The notes beneath the pieces were generated by a model, which was not told the DNA's origin, made no database searches, and saw only the letters and a program-made list of their open reading frames with translations. A program made the translations under genes and the position numbers. A stretch of DNA of 64,000 nt from Takakia lepidozioides. Lineage: Eukaryota; Plantae; Bryophyta. How positions within the stretch are numbered: the first letter of the stretch is position 1; each line of letters opens with the position of its first letter. Location: NCBI GenBank assembly GCA_030704615.1, contig CM060734.1, positions 4,216,001 to 4,280,000 of the forward strand, written 5' to 3'. This document shows, in pieces, positions 22,582-34,019 of the stretch.

Positions 22582-24763
22582 TCATGGATAGCAGTCTGCG
22601 GACTCTAGTATTCGCATTCTCGGGTCGCCTACGTGGGCGCTGGAGGCCAATCCAAAACTAGTTCCTTTTGTTGGCGGAAGAGAGGTGCTGGAGCGGGAGT
22701 ATGCCCAAATAGGCATTCGGGAGATTGCCTCTGCAGCAGTTGGCATGGCAGGTGCAGGGCGACGGAAACAGGCGGCAGATCCGCCCATCCATGAGGTCGA
22801 TGCACAGGTAGGGGGGCCCGCCCACACGAAGAAGAAAAAAAAGGGGAAGCACATGCAATCCCCAGCCAAAGAGCAGGCACACGTTGCTGAGGGGGGAGTG
22901 AACAGAACACCCACCAAACACCAAGAGGGTGTGACTTCCTCGGGGTTGAAGGTGGTGGACCTGGAGGCCTCACCTACAGCCACGCCATCTAAGAAACAAA
23001 AGGCCCGAGAGAGGGCAAAAGACAGGGCAGAGAGAAGGCCAAGGATGAGGCAAGAGAGAAGGCCACTGAAAAGACCACAGAAGAGGCAATGACACAAGCA
23101 CTGACAGGCGAGAGAGGTACCATGACACCTGAACCAGACAGAGCCATTAAGAAACCGGCAGAGGGAGAGGAGAAAACACCACACACACCGGGGTATGGGG
23201 CAGGTGGAGGGGAAGAGTCACGTGCCACATTGCAAGGCACTGTTGAGCTTCCGTTGGTACATGTCGGATATGAGGAGGAGAGGACCTTTCTGACCAGGAT
23301 GACATCCTCCCGGAGATCCCTAGGGCCCAAAGCCGGAGCATACAGGCTGGATTTGGTGGTTCTGGTGGGCTTCCAGAGAACCCCCCTGCAGCAGACGTCA
23401 TGTCGGAGGCGGATATGAAGTTGGCCGCTGCCAGGATGTTGGAGGCAACCCACATCAACATTGGCAGGGTACTGGGAGGCATGGTCTACCCAGCAAAGCT
23501 ACGGATTCTGCTCTGCCGCATGGTATCGATGCAAGTGGTCAGACCTGCCTTTTTTGGTGATATCAACAAGCTCAAATTCTCTTTTCGGGATGAATATCGT
23601 ATGGGGTCTGCCTCGTTTTATGTCTCCATTGAGAACCATCATGGAGCTTCTGGCGTATACACTTCTGACGATTTCGCAAAGTGGGGCCCCCATTGGCAAA
23701 CCCGAAACAGCGAGTTCGAGAAATTGATTGTTAACGATCCTCTTTTCCAACACTTGTCCGGAAAAATGTTCTTTGTATGGGACGGGAACCATCGGCTTGC
23801 CGCATGGATGGAGCACCTAGCCCAAGTACACCCCGACGAACTAGATTGGCATTACGCCATGGAATGTGTTGTGCTGAAGGTGGCGGGTATGGCGGATCGC
23901 AGTCTTCTCAAGGCTGCTATGGCGGACATAAACACGTAAGTTCAAATGCTCCTTGCACTGGAACTTGAGATTTGGCACATGCGAGGAGGTTCTACATGGA
24001 GTCAGAGGAGAAGAAACTGACCCTGGGTGCACTCGAATCGTATGTCAGCGTTGCCGAGGCAAAGGCGCGCCTCAATTACAAGTCTTGGATGGTGAAGTAC
24101 GTGGCCATTGCTGATCCCGCACTCGGTGACGACTTTCTTGTGGAGGTGGGGAAGCACTACTCACGGGCTCTTAAGCCAACAATGACAATCGAGAAACTAC
24201 ATCGTCTAGCCACAACGTGTGTGGATGCAACTGAGAAGGTTAATCATTCTGAATCAACTTGGACTCTTCATGCAACAATGTGTTCCCTTACTTTATTTCA
24301 CTTACTAATATCCACGTTGATTCGACAAACCCGGTGGCTCCAAATCTGGAATGGGTCTCAGAGTATTCGGGACATGTGGAGCTTCCCAAAACTTCACAAA
24401 CTGTCCGACCCCACATTCGACCTCTGGATGAACCGCATGACATGGTGGTTTCAGGTTGTTTTCAAAAAAATTTGGTGCTTCCCCTCTTGTATCACGTAGA
24501 TTTCCGGCATTTCTTGAAGAATGCTGACTAATGGGGACTGTCCTCAGGTCACCACAAATGCGCAAGAGCAGCTGGACACCCAAGCCCACCAGTTCAAGCT
24601 GAAGATAGCGGCAGGAGCACAGAGCCTCACCGACTATGTGACGAGGTACTTTCTGCTATTCAAAACCGACCTATTCTATCGAGAGATGCTGCATGCCCGG
24701 AGGAGTCATGAGTTCACCGATCAGCCGAACGCGGACAAAGCGGCAATGCGCCTTCTATACAGG
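22582..24763 (+). pseudogene. Intron-containing gene with ParB/Sulfiredoxin-like domain (frameshifted)
   Basis: LCRMVSMQVVRP...INKLKFSF...FYVS...FFVWDGNHRLAAW (23778-23795); low-complexity basic N-terminus; GT donors near 23936, 24239, 24454 and 24763. Confidence 0.7.
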
Positions 24764-24834
24764 TAAACCTCCTGGGCTCTTATTACATTCGTACCCATTT
24801 TCTATGTCACCCAATTCTTTGGCGTGGAAATGGT

Positions 24835-25455
24835 TGTCCCATGAGCGGCTAAGTTCCATGAGTGCCTATATCCAAAACAGCCAAGTCCCATGACATCGGA
24901 AACTACTCGGGGACTTAGCCATTTTGGCCCCCCATACTGGAAATTCGGCACCATATATCCAGGTTAGGGCCCAAAATGGCTAAGTCCCATGAGCGCCTGT
25001 ATCCGACTCTGGAAAAATGGCGCTGCATTTCTAGATTTGGGCAAGGCCACCCCTGCGACTTAGCCATCTCCGGCCGCACACTGGAAATTCGGCGCCATAT
25101 ATCCAGCTTGGGGCCCAAAACGGCTAAGTCCATGACATCGGACGGTACTCGGGGACTTAGCCATTTTGGCCCCCCAGACTGGAAATTTGGCGCCATATAT
25201 CCAGGTTCGGGCCCAAAACGGCTAAGTCCCATGAGTGCCTGTATCCGACTATGGAAAAATGGCGCCGCATTTCAGATTCGGGCAAGGCCACCCCTGGGAC
25301 TTGGCCATTTCCGGCCGCACACTGGAAATTCGGCGCCATATATCCAGGTTGGGGTCCAAAACGGCTGTCCCATGAGTGCCTGTATCCGACTCTGGAAAAA
25401 TGGCGCCGCATTTCCAGATTCGGGCAAGGCCACCCCTGGGACTTAGCCATTTCCA
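24835..25455. repeat. ~242 bp higher-order repeat with CTGGAAATTCGGCGCCATATATCCAG inside GACTTAGCCATTTTGG/CCAAAATGGCTAAGTC hairpins
   Basis: Units start at ~24889 and ~25131; the core motif is the reverse complement of the 1967-3200 motif. Confidence 0.9.
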
Positions 25456-25844
25456 AGGCAGCAGCTATTAGAGCTCGTCAGGCTCGTAGATTTGTCTTGG
25501 ATTCTGCTGAGGAAAGTGGGGGAGAAGAGGCAGAAGATTCCCAGGAGGTGAGGTAAACGGTTCCCCAAGGAGAGGACGATATTTTTGAGAGGCATAGTGG
25601 AAGTGATGCATTGCAGATGTCAAGGGATGAGGGGGATGAGGAGGCAGGTGGGGCAAGTTCCTCGGAGGGTGTAGGAGAGGAGGATAGTAGTTCCCATTCC
25701 GGCTATGACAGTTAGGACAGTTGTATAGATCTGGCTCGCCACAAAATTTGAAATAAAATGTTGCATTTCATTGTTATGATGAGTCCAGTGGTGCCCACAT
25801 TCCAACTTCACATGACCCTATTTCCGTGGATACACAATGGTCTG

Positions 25845-25919
25845 CTCATGTTTTTTTTTTCCCGCTCATGCTCATGCCGCTCATGAAATAGCAGCCCCCA
25901 GTCCAGCCCTTGCATAGTG
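25845..25919. mobile_element. Putative CACTA right terminus
   Basis: Ends ...CCCTTGCATAGTG (reverse complement CACTATGCAAGGG), preceded by four GCTCATG repeats; CATGAG also recurs in 24840-25380. Confidence 0.5.
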
Positions 25920-26423
25920 ACAATTGAAGTCACTTGGTGTGACTTTTGGCAGCCTGTAGTGCTGGAATTGGCGGAAGTCAGGGACCGATATCCGAAGAAA
26001 GCTTGATCTTCACTCCTCCCAATCAGGAAATTACATGTTGGCTCACTGCCAGGCCATAAACATCCTTGTTAGTAAATCAACTTGGCGAGGAAATAACCAG
26101 AAAGGAAGAAGGTAGGGTGTTTGTACTTGTGTACAAACACCACTAAGTACACTGGAAAGGAAGAGTGGGAAGATATTCATGTCATGTCAAGACATGGACA
26201 AGACCCACTAGGGTCATTGTCAATTAGAGACATAAACAGCCCAAAAACAGGGCACCATCTAACACTTCCATTCTTGTCATAGCTTACCAATTGACATCAC
26301 CCAATCATTCATGATAAAACAGGGTGGGAGGGCAGGGTTTATTCATGTAAGGGGTATGATACCATGTTGCTGCAGTTATGCAAGAGGCAAGGCATCTGAA
26401 CCATCATGTAATTTTTCCCAGAA

Positions 26424-26907
26424 TTCATAATTACCCCAAGACATGCATCATGCAAGGCATCTTGGGCAAGTAAGAACAGACTGCCATATTACAGATTCAA
26501 GACATGTACACACAAGTATCTTGATGGACCAGCCTGCAGTTTTTCAGATTCCAGACATGCAACCAAGTAACCCTCTTGGGCATGACAAGACAGATTGCAG
26601 CCTCATTCTATACCATTCGTAATTATCCCAAGACATGCATCATGCAAGGCACCTTGGACAAGTAAGAACAACATGCCATATTACAGATTCAAGACATGTA
26701 TACACAAGCATCTTGATGGACCAGCCTACAGTTTTTCAGATTCTAGACATGCAACCAAATAACCCTCTTGGGCATGACGAGACAGATTGTAGCCTCATTC
26801 TATACCATTCATAATTACCCCAAGACATGCATCATGCAAAGCATCTTGGGCATGCAAGAACGGCCTGCCATATTACAGATTCAAGACATGGACACTCAAG
26901 CATCTTG
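26424..26907. repeat. 192 bp tandem repeat, 2.5 copies
   Basis: Units start at 26424, 26616 and 26808 (TTCRTAATTAYCCCAAGACATGCATCATGCAA). Confidence 0.95.
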
Positions 26908-27045
26908 AGTACCCGAGACCAGGCCCTATTGGCCAAAAAATCCATACATTGCAGGTCACTGGCCTGATGGGATGACAAGGCTAAAATATATGGCAAAGGT
27001 CCATTAAAGCTTATCACCACTGTTTTCCAGGAGGCTTATGCCAAA

Positions 27046-27700
27046 GCTCGGTTGCAAGCCGACGTGATGTGACGTGACGTCGGTGTCAGCGACACTGACG
27101 GGATTCGGGTCACACGTCACGTCAGTAGGTAAAGACATGGGTATAACATTGCCACGACCTTAGACAGCATGGCACAATTGTCGGTGAGCCCAAGGAGGTG
27201 GCAAGTGTGACGCCAAAGTGGCGGTCACCTCGGAGCCAGTGAGCTGGCGTCGGTCGCCCCGGAGCCGGGTGAGGTGGCGAGGCAAGCGCCCGCCTCAGTG
27301 GCGGTCGCCACTCTGCCGGACGTGGTGGTGATCTCGGCAACCGCCACCATGGCGGTCGCCTTCAAGGCGCCTGAGGTGGCCATGCAGATGACCGTCATAG
27401 TGGCGGTCAGGCGGAAGGGGGGTGCCCAGAGGGCGGGCGGGACGACCGCCACGTGCAGGTCGCAGGCGGGAGAAGAGGGCGACCGCCACGTGCCGTCGCC
27501 TGGCGTGCCGCGGCTGCAATACGAGCACGTGGCAGGGTGGGTGGCTGGGCGACCGCCACGCGCGGTCGCTGGCGGGACCACCACGTGGCGTCGCGTGCGA
27601 GATGGGCGACCGCCATGTGGTGGGATGCGGGTGGGGGGTTGGGTTTGGGGGTATGGGCGGGGGGAGGGTGGAGGGGGTATAAAGGGGCAGGCCTCCCCCC
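27046..27700 (+). mobile_element. Terminal region of a hAT-related element (GC-rich variant)
   Basis: GCTCGGTT start, then TGACGT/ACGTCA repeats, then GGCGGTCGC/GCGACCGCC motifs and TATAAA at ~27678; same order as at 32719-33930. Confidence 0.5.
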
Positions 27701-29959
27701 CCATTTCTTCACCTTTGCCTCCCTGTTCTCGAGCTTGAGGGTACTTTGGATGCTTCGCGTTCTGAGTCCGAGAGTTTGAACTCGAAGAGGCAAGGGTGCT
27801 TGGCATTGGAGGGGGGAGGTTTTTAATTTTTTTTCCCCTGAACTGACGATTGGTTTAGGCAAGGGTGTTTGGCATTTGAGGGGGGAGATTTTTGAGTTTT
27901 TTATCCTTGAACTGACGAGAGAGTTGGTTTGGAGTCACGTCCGGTGTGTGACCGAAAGGGTGCACAAACCGATTTGTTATATCGGGAGGGGGAAGGGTTT
28001 AGGCCGGTTGAGGGGGGATGTCGGGAGTGACAATCTATTTTTGTGCAGTTTGTTCCAAGATCTATTTCATTTCCTTGCCATAACATACCAAGCAATGTCT
28101 GGAACAGGGTCTAGCACTTGGGACGGGAAGTTCATCAAGGAAAAAGAGGAAACATGGATCGGAGCGTGTGACGAGCCCTGAGCGCGCGCGGTCAGGGTGA
28201 CGGCATAGTAGTCTAGGGGGGCCGAGGTAAGTTGCGGTGTAGGTTGGGCTCACTGAACCGCCTACCCGACTGCGGTTAGTGCAGGGGGTCCGTGGTCGTA
28301 CATGGTGGCTATGATCACTATCTAAGTCCTACCTGCAAAGAGAAACCACGTACTCATCTTCAAAGGGCGAGTTTGCGTTTCTAAGTCCTACGGTATCCTA
28401 CAATCTACTTAGTAACTGCCTTCCAAGTCTTTGTGTTTTATTGTCTAATTCCTACCGCCTAGGCCTCCGAGCCGCCTGTAGCCGGGACATGTTTTAATCC
28501 CTTCACAAGGCACCTGCCAAGCCTAGGGAGAAGAGGGAAAATTGTCCTCTCCCAATGCCCTCCTTCGGCGAGGGCTTGAGTTCAAGTCACCTCTAAATGG
28601 AAGGGCCAACGCTTCCTACCCCAGTGCCTAAATACTTTGTGTTAGCAAAGGAGTGGCCAAAATGCCCATCGTCGTCCAATAGGTTCACTCAATTCAATAA
28701 GGTGGTTCTAAGCCCTTCAACTCAACAAGTTCAATCAGTTTAATCAATGCCCTGCAGGCTATAACGAGCACCACGTGCATCTATCCTATTTAGGCAACTT
28801 CGCAAATCATAAATGCTGGAAAATAAAAGAAAGTAAGAAAATCAGAAAAAATACCTCCCCTATGGGAAATCATGTGGAGAGTCCAAAGATACCCTTGGTG
28901 CCTAAAGATGCCCTTGGGAACCCAATGAGAACCGAGGAACACCTGGAAACCGTTCCCTGCCGCGGGGAACTGTCGCGGCTCTATCAGATGAATGAATCTC
29001 GCTGAGAGCTCATCCCTGCCACTACATTCGTTAGTCCAGAACATGCACGCGTAAATAATAAAATAACCACTGGTGGGTCCAATCAAGATTTCACCCCCCT
29101 TACATTATTTTAAGGTGCTGGTGCGCTTTCCCTCCGTGGGAAAAGTCATCCTCTACCTTGGGCTCTGACACAAAGGATCACTGTAGCCGAGTTTTTAGGA
29201 CAGAGTACTTTCTCTCCTCCCTTGTCTCTCGAGGTCTCCGCCTCTAGCTCACTGCTCCCAGGCCCGCTTGGCTCTCTCTTGGAGTCATAAGAACGCTCCC
29301 CTCCAAGGCTATGTCCTCCCAAAATCCTAGATTTTATCTACCACCGGCGCCTTAGATAATGGCTCCTAACCCTTAGAGGGGTATAAATTGAATCTAATAG
29401 CTAAAGGTAAGAATACCCCTCTTTAAGGGAATTTGCAGATGCATTGCCCGCTGGATAAAACGCCCCCGCCACGTGGCGGGGGCGCAGATCCGCGCGTAGC
29501 GGTCCAAACCGTGGACCGTTGCGGTTAACGCCAGCGTCCGCCGGTCCGTCTCAACTTTTGGTTATCCAGCGGGTAAAGACCCGCACCCTGCTCGCACGCT
29601 TCAGGGCCTCACGCCTGAGCCACGCGGCTGATGTACTTGATCTCAATACGACTTAAGGTCAGCGTTGGGGCCCCGCTCCCGTACGTCGTGGCTGGGCCAC
29701 GGCTGCCTCCACGCTTTTAGTAATTGAGTCCCTACTCTCTAGGCACAACACCCGGGCTCCTCCCGGGCTGCTCGCGACTTTGGGGCAGTTACTGTCAAGC
29801 AAAATTAACCCGCCCAAACCCCAATAAAAAAAAATACAACCCACCCTCCCCTAGGCCTCCATGGCTTGCTAGTGGGGGGGCAAAATTAGCACATAGTGGC
29901 CTTATAGTGGCCTGATATCATAGATCCAGCCTACTGGCCTGCCTTTGCCAGGGCTGGCT

Positions 29960-30520
29960 ATATTTCAAATTAGTAATCAAACACAAAGATTCCTTCTTCC
30001 AACAATTCCACAATGCACTCTCCTCTTTTGAAGAGTCTAAATCAGATTTTCAACTTCAAGCTTTGCTTGGAAAATAAATGAATCACATACACAAATGGTG
30101 AAATGGTAAGATGGGATCAACCTTTCTATGCGAGAGTGCTTGGGATGCTCTGTCGACTCAAGTAATGGTACTCTATGCGGCCTCCACTTGGGCTCTCGTC
30201 CATAAGTCCATACCAGCCCCTCCTACTCGTCCTCAAGTCACTTTCCTCCAAATGAAATTGCCCTCTTCCTTCACAAATGAAAATGGCTCAAAGGCCACAA
30301 TTGAAATGGCTCAAAGGCTCACAAGCTAGGCCACTTGCCTTAGCTTACAAGAATCCTACCTAACTAGGGAGCTTCAAGCTCCACTCCCTAGGATCTAGCC
30401 CCTCCTCAAGCCAAAAGCCTGCAAGCACTACAACAACAAGCAAGATGAAACTAAGCAAATGAGTTAGATGAAGAATAAGAGAAGCCTTGCCCCCTCTTTT
30501 ATACTGTTGTTGTGCCTAAT
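29960..30520 (-). mobile_element. LTR-like remnant
   Basis: Minus-strand TATAAAAGAGGGGG at ~30490-30503 followed by T/C-rich leader typical of LTR U3-R-U5; ends not delimited. Confidence 0.3.
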
Positions 30521-30934
30521 AGACTAATGGAAAATATTCATTAAACTATTGTTTCTTTGGAGGATCTATAATATACTATTCCACATGGATGAAAAGTCTT
30601 AGAGGCAAATGAAAGCTGTCTTTTCATCCATCCAATTGGATGACCAGTTGGCACGAGTTGTCATTTCATCCATCCAGCTCCTCAAGGCGAATTCCAGGAT
30701 TTTTCATCCATCCAAGAAGTAGAAAATGCAAATAATAGGCCTTGTGAGTGCCGTCGACTCAATAATTTGGCCCCGCTGGTAATCAGCTCCATAAATCACC
30801 AAACTTGGTGACAAACTACAATTATATACCCCGTATCAGCCTATAAAATCTCAGCTCCATCGGTGGTAAAAAGTTGCACTTCTCGCCATTCGTCGTATTT
30901 TCGCTACACACATATTTTGTGGTATATTTGGAAA

Positions 30935-31681
30935 TCAAATCCCTGGTGATGGCTCTGGGGTCTTTGACCCTGCCACTGAGTCATAGGTTGTCCGGAGTCC
31001 CCTCCAGTTGTCCCGCACCGCTAACAAGTCCACGCTTTGCCATTTGAAGTCGTCCTGACCTGCTGTCATTCCGATGCGGCCAATTGCTTTGTTGCGATAT
31101 TTCATCGCTATACATGTCGCTTCCACCAATTGCCAAGCTCCTCGCCGTGTGTTCCTACTGGACTTGAAAGGCGGGAGAAAAGAGAGATCGCAATCTGGGA
31201 CTGGAACAGTCGTCCTGTATTGTTCGAACATGATTAACTCGCCGTTTCTGGTACTGAATTGACAGCCTAATCTGCTGTCGATGCAGCTTCCTACGGTCAT
31301 CTTGACGCCATAGTTCCACTCCATGGTTGTCGCAGACACTGTCTAATTTCCTACGTGCTTTACCAACGATTTCCAGACAACTAACAAACTAACTTGTTTT
31401 GGCAGTACAATGCCGAAACCGCTTGTCTTATGATAAAAAACGATATGAAAGAAAAGTGTACCAATATATGCATCTACATATATGACAACCAATGGGGAAC
31501 ACTCGTCCCGAGTGTAAGAGAATCCAGGATCTTTGGTTCGTAAAAATCCCCCTACTAGGGTATCCCTGATATCCCTTGGAGTCAACGACTCCCTTGCGTA
31601 AAGATAAGAATAATTCCCCTCAGGCTCTTCCTCCTCGGAGAGAGTTCGAGTCTTCCGGGAGAGAGGAGAAAATAAAAGCAA
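30935..31681 (-). pseudogene. Unknown degenerate coding remnant
   Basis: Two in-frame ORFs (112 and 134 aa) separated by one stop inside a T-rich, intron-like stretch; no recognised motif. Confidence 0.3.
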
Positions 31682-32718
31682 AAGCCAAAAAAAAATGTTT
31701 CAAAACTACCCAGCTCGCCCTCTTTGGAGAGAGTTGGAGTTCCCAGATAAAAAATACTTCAAAACCGCCATTCTGCCCCACCGGACTGGGTTCGAATCCC
31801 CTAGATGATGTAAGAGATATATGCGCGGTGCAAATTGATGATTCTACTCTAAAATAGCCTTGGAAGGACTTTTGGTTCTACCCTACTAGACATGGCTTGC
31901 AATGACCTATCATGGATGTGCACAGCTCATGGTAAATCGCTCACTGCGAACTACGACCTCGACTCGAATCCGGAAGGGTCTAGAAGCTCCTAAACATGAT
32001 GCTTCTGGGAGTCCTAATTCTTGGCTCCCACAACAACAGAAAAGATTGGATACCCGAGGACCCTACCCATGAAATAAACGCATCATTCCTAACTACGATC
32101 TAACTTGGTTCATGACTCGCAGGGACCTCTCATGGATTTCGCAGAGCTCATGATGAAATTCTTGACCTAAGAAATGATTGGATTTATTCTGCACCTCAGA
32201 GGACCATACCTGGAACAATGTAACATTCTATCTGAAGAGGTCACAGGCCCTTCTGGGTTTTCCTGTGCCTGACGCCCTTCACTCATGTGAGGGGAGCAGC
32301 AACCACTGCTCTACAAGTCACCTTTTACCTCCTCACTGCTTCTGATTTTTCTCTCTCTACGAGGAATGCTGCAGCGGGGTAAGGTGAAAATGACAAAAAG
32401 TTTAAGGTTTAGAATCCCCGTGCGTGTGCTCCATGCAAGGAGCACCAGTATACTGCAGAATGCTTGATACAACAAGCATTTACTTTTTCTCGAGATATCA
32501 TTTGAGCAGACACAGATAGACTCTGTGATAAGAAAAAAACAAATGATGATCGACAGTGTGCATTGAATAAGAGTGCATATATTAGCGTAACTACGTTGCC
32601 CCGCATCCCAAGATCTACTCTCGGAACTCCAAGAAAGGGTGTCAATAACCTACTTGGGTAAGAGCCCTACTGACTTCTTCCCATTGCAGAAGTTTCATTG
32701 GATTATTGCAACTTAGTT

Positions 32719-33780
32719 GCCCGGTTATCAGCGTCACGTCCGTCAGTCAGCGTCAGGTCACGTCAGACTTGACGTTGACGGGACCTCCGTCACGTCAGAT
32801 TCGGGGAATCAAAATTAAAAAAGAAATAGCGACCGCCGTATTGGCGGTCGCTTCAAATGTTTTTTTTTTAAAAGCAAGATTGGCGGTCGCACTGGCGGTC
32901 GCCTTATTTTTCGAATTAAAAAAACAAATAGCCACCGCTATGCTAGCGGTCGCTTCAATTTATTGTTTTAAAAAAACAAGATTGGCGGTCGTATTGGCGG
33001 TCGCCTAATTTAAAAAAGAAAACAAGCGACTGCCGTATTGGCGGTCGCACGGTGGCAAATATATTTTTGAAAATTAACAAAATGAACGCGACCGCCAATT
33101 ATGGCGGTCGCTTTGTTTTTCGAAATTAAAAAAGAAATAGCGACCGCCGTATTGGCGGTCGCTTCAATTTCTTTTTTTAAAAGCAAGATTGGCAGTCGCA
33201 CTGGCGGTCGTTTTATTTTTCGAAATAGCAAAAGAAATAGTGACCGTCATATGGCGGTCGCTTCAAATTTGTTTAAAAAAAAAACAAGATTGGCGGTCGA
33301 ACTGGCGGTCGCTTTATTTTTCGAATTAAAAAAATAAATATCGACCGCTATCTTGGTGGTCGCTTCAATTGATTTTTTAAAATAACAAGATTGGCGGTCG
33401 CATTGGCGGTCACCTAATTTAAAAAAGAAAACAACCGACTGCCGTATTGGTGGTCACACAATTTTGTAAATATGTATAGAACAAGCGACTGCCATATGGC
33501 GGTCGGATAATTTCAAAAATATAAAAAAAAAACAGCGACCGCCATAAAATATAAAGATTAAAAGCGACCGCCTTACTGGCGGTCGTGTTTTTTAATAAAT
33601 ATTAAAAATAAAAACGACCACCATATTGGCGGTCGCTTTATTTTAAATATATTAACAAATGAAGCGACCGCCATACGGGCGGTCATTTAAATTTAAAAAT
33701 ATACAAAATAGAAGTGACCGCAATATTGCACAAAATGAAAGGAAATAAAAGCGACCGCAGTAGTGGCGGTCGCTTGTTTC
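32719..33780 (+). repeat. hAT left terminal/subterminal region: CGTCA repeats, then an array of GCGACCGCC-N-TGGCGGTCGC palindromes spaced by A/T tracts
   Basis: About 20 motif pairs or half-sites upstream of TATATAA (~33921) and the transposase. Confidence 0.85.
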
Positions 33781-34019
33781 TCATAAAAAATAAAAATACG
33801 GACCGTAGTATTAGCGATCGATTAATTTCAAAATTACAACAAATATGGTTGTACAGCCTTTTTCGGGTGGGCGCTATTGGTTCGTCATTTATTCATTTCA
33901 CTTTCATCCCTCTTGGATCATATATAAGGGATGAGGGTCACCAAGCTCCTCACTTCTTTTGGCGCAAACACTTGAGGTTGCTTTGGATGTTCTCTTCCAT
34001 TGAACAAGAATATAGCCCA

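Noticed and set aside
28167-29750. Possible solo LTR (TGTGACG...CACAACA) with a degenerate reverse PBS at 29162
   Set aside because: No matching TSD (GAGCG vs CCCGG), PBS match is imperfect, and no second LTR is present.
30426-30437. CACTACAACAAC as left TIR partner of the 49460 CACTA end
   Set aside because: No subterminal repeats, flanking triplets differ (AAG vs AGG), and it lies in LTR-like sequence.
31788-31801. GGGTTCGAATCCC B-box
   Set aside because: No A-box or cloverleaf upstream; not called as tRNA.
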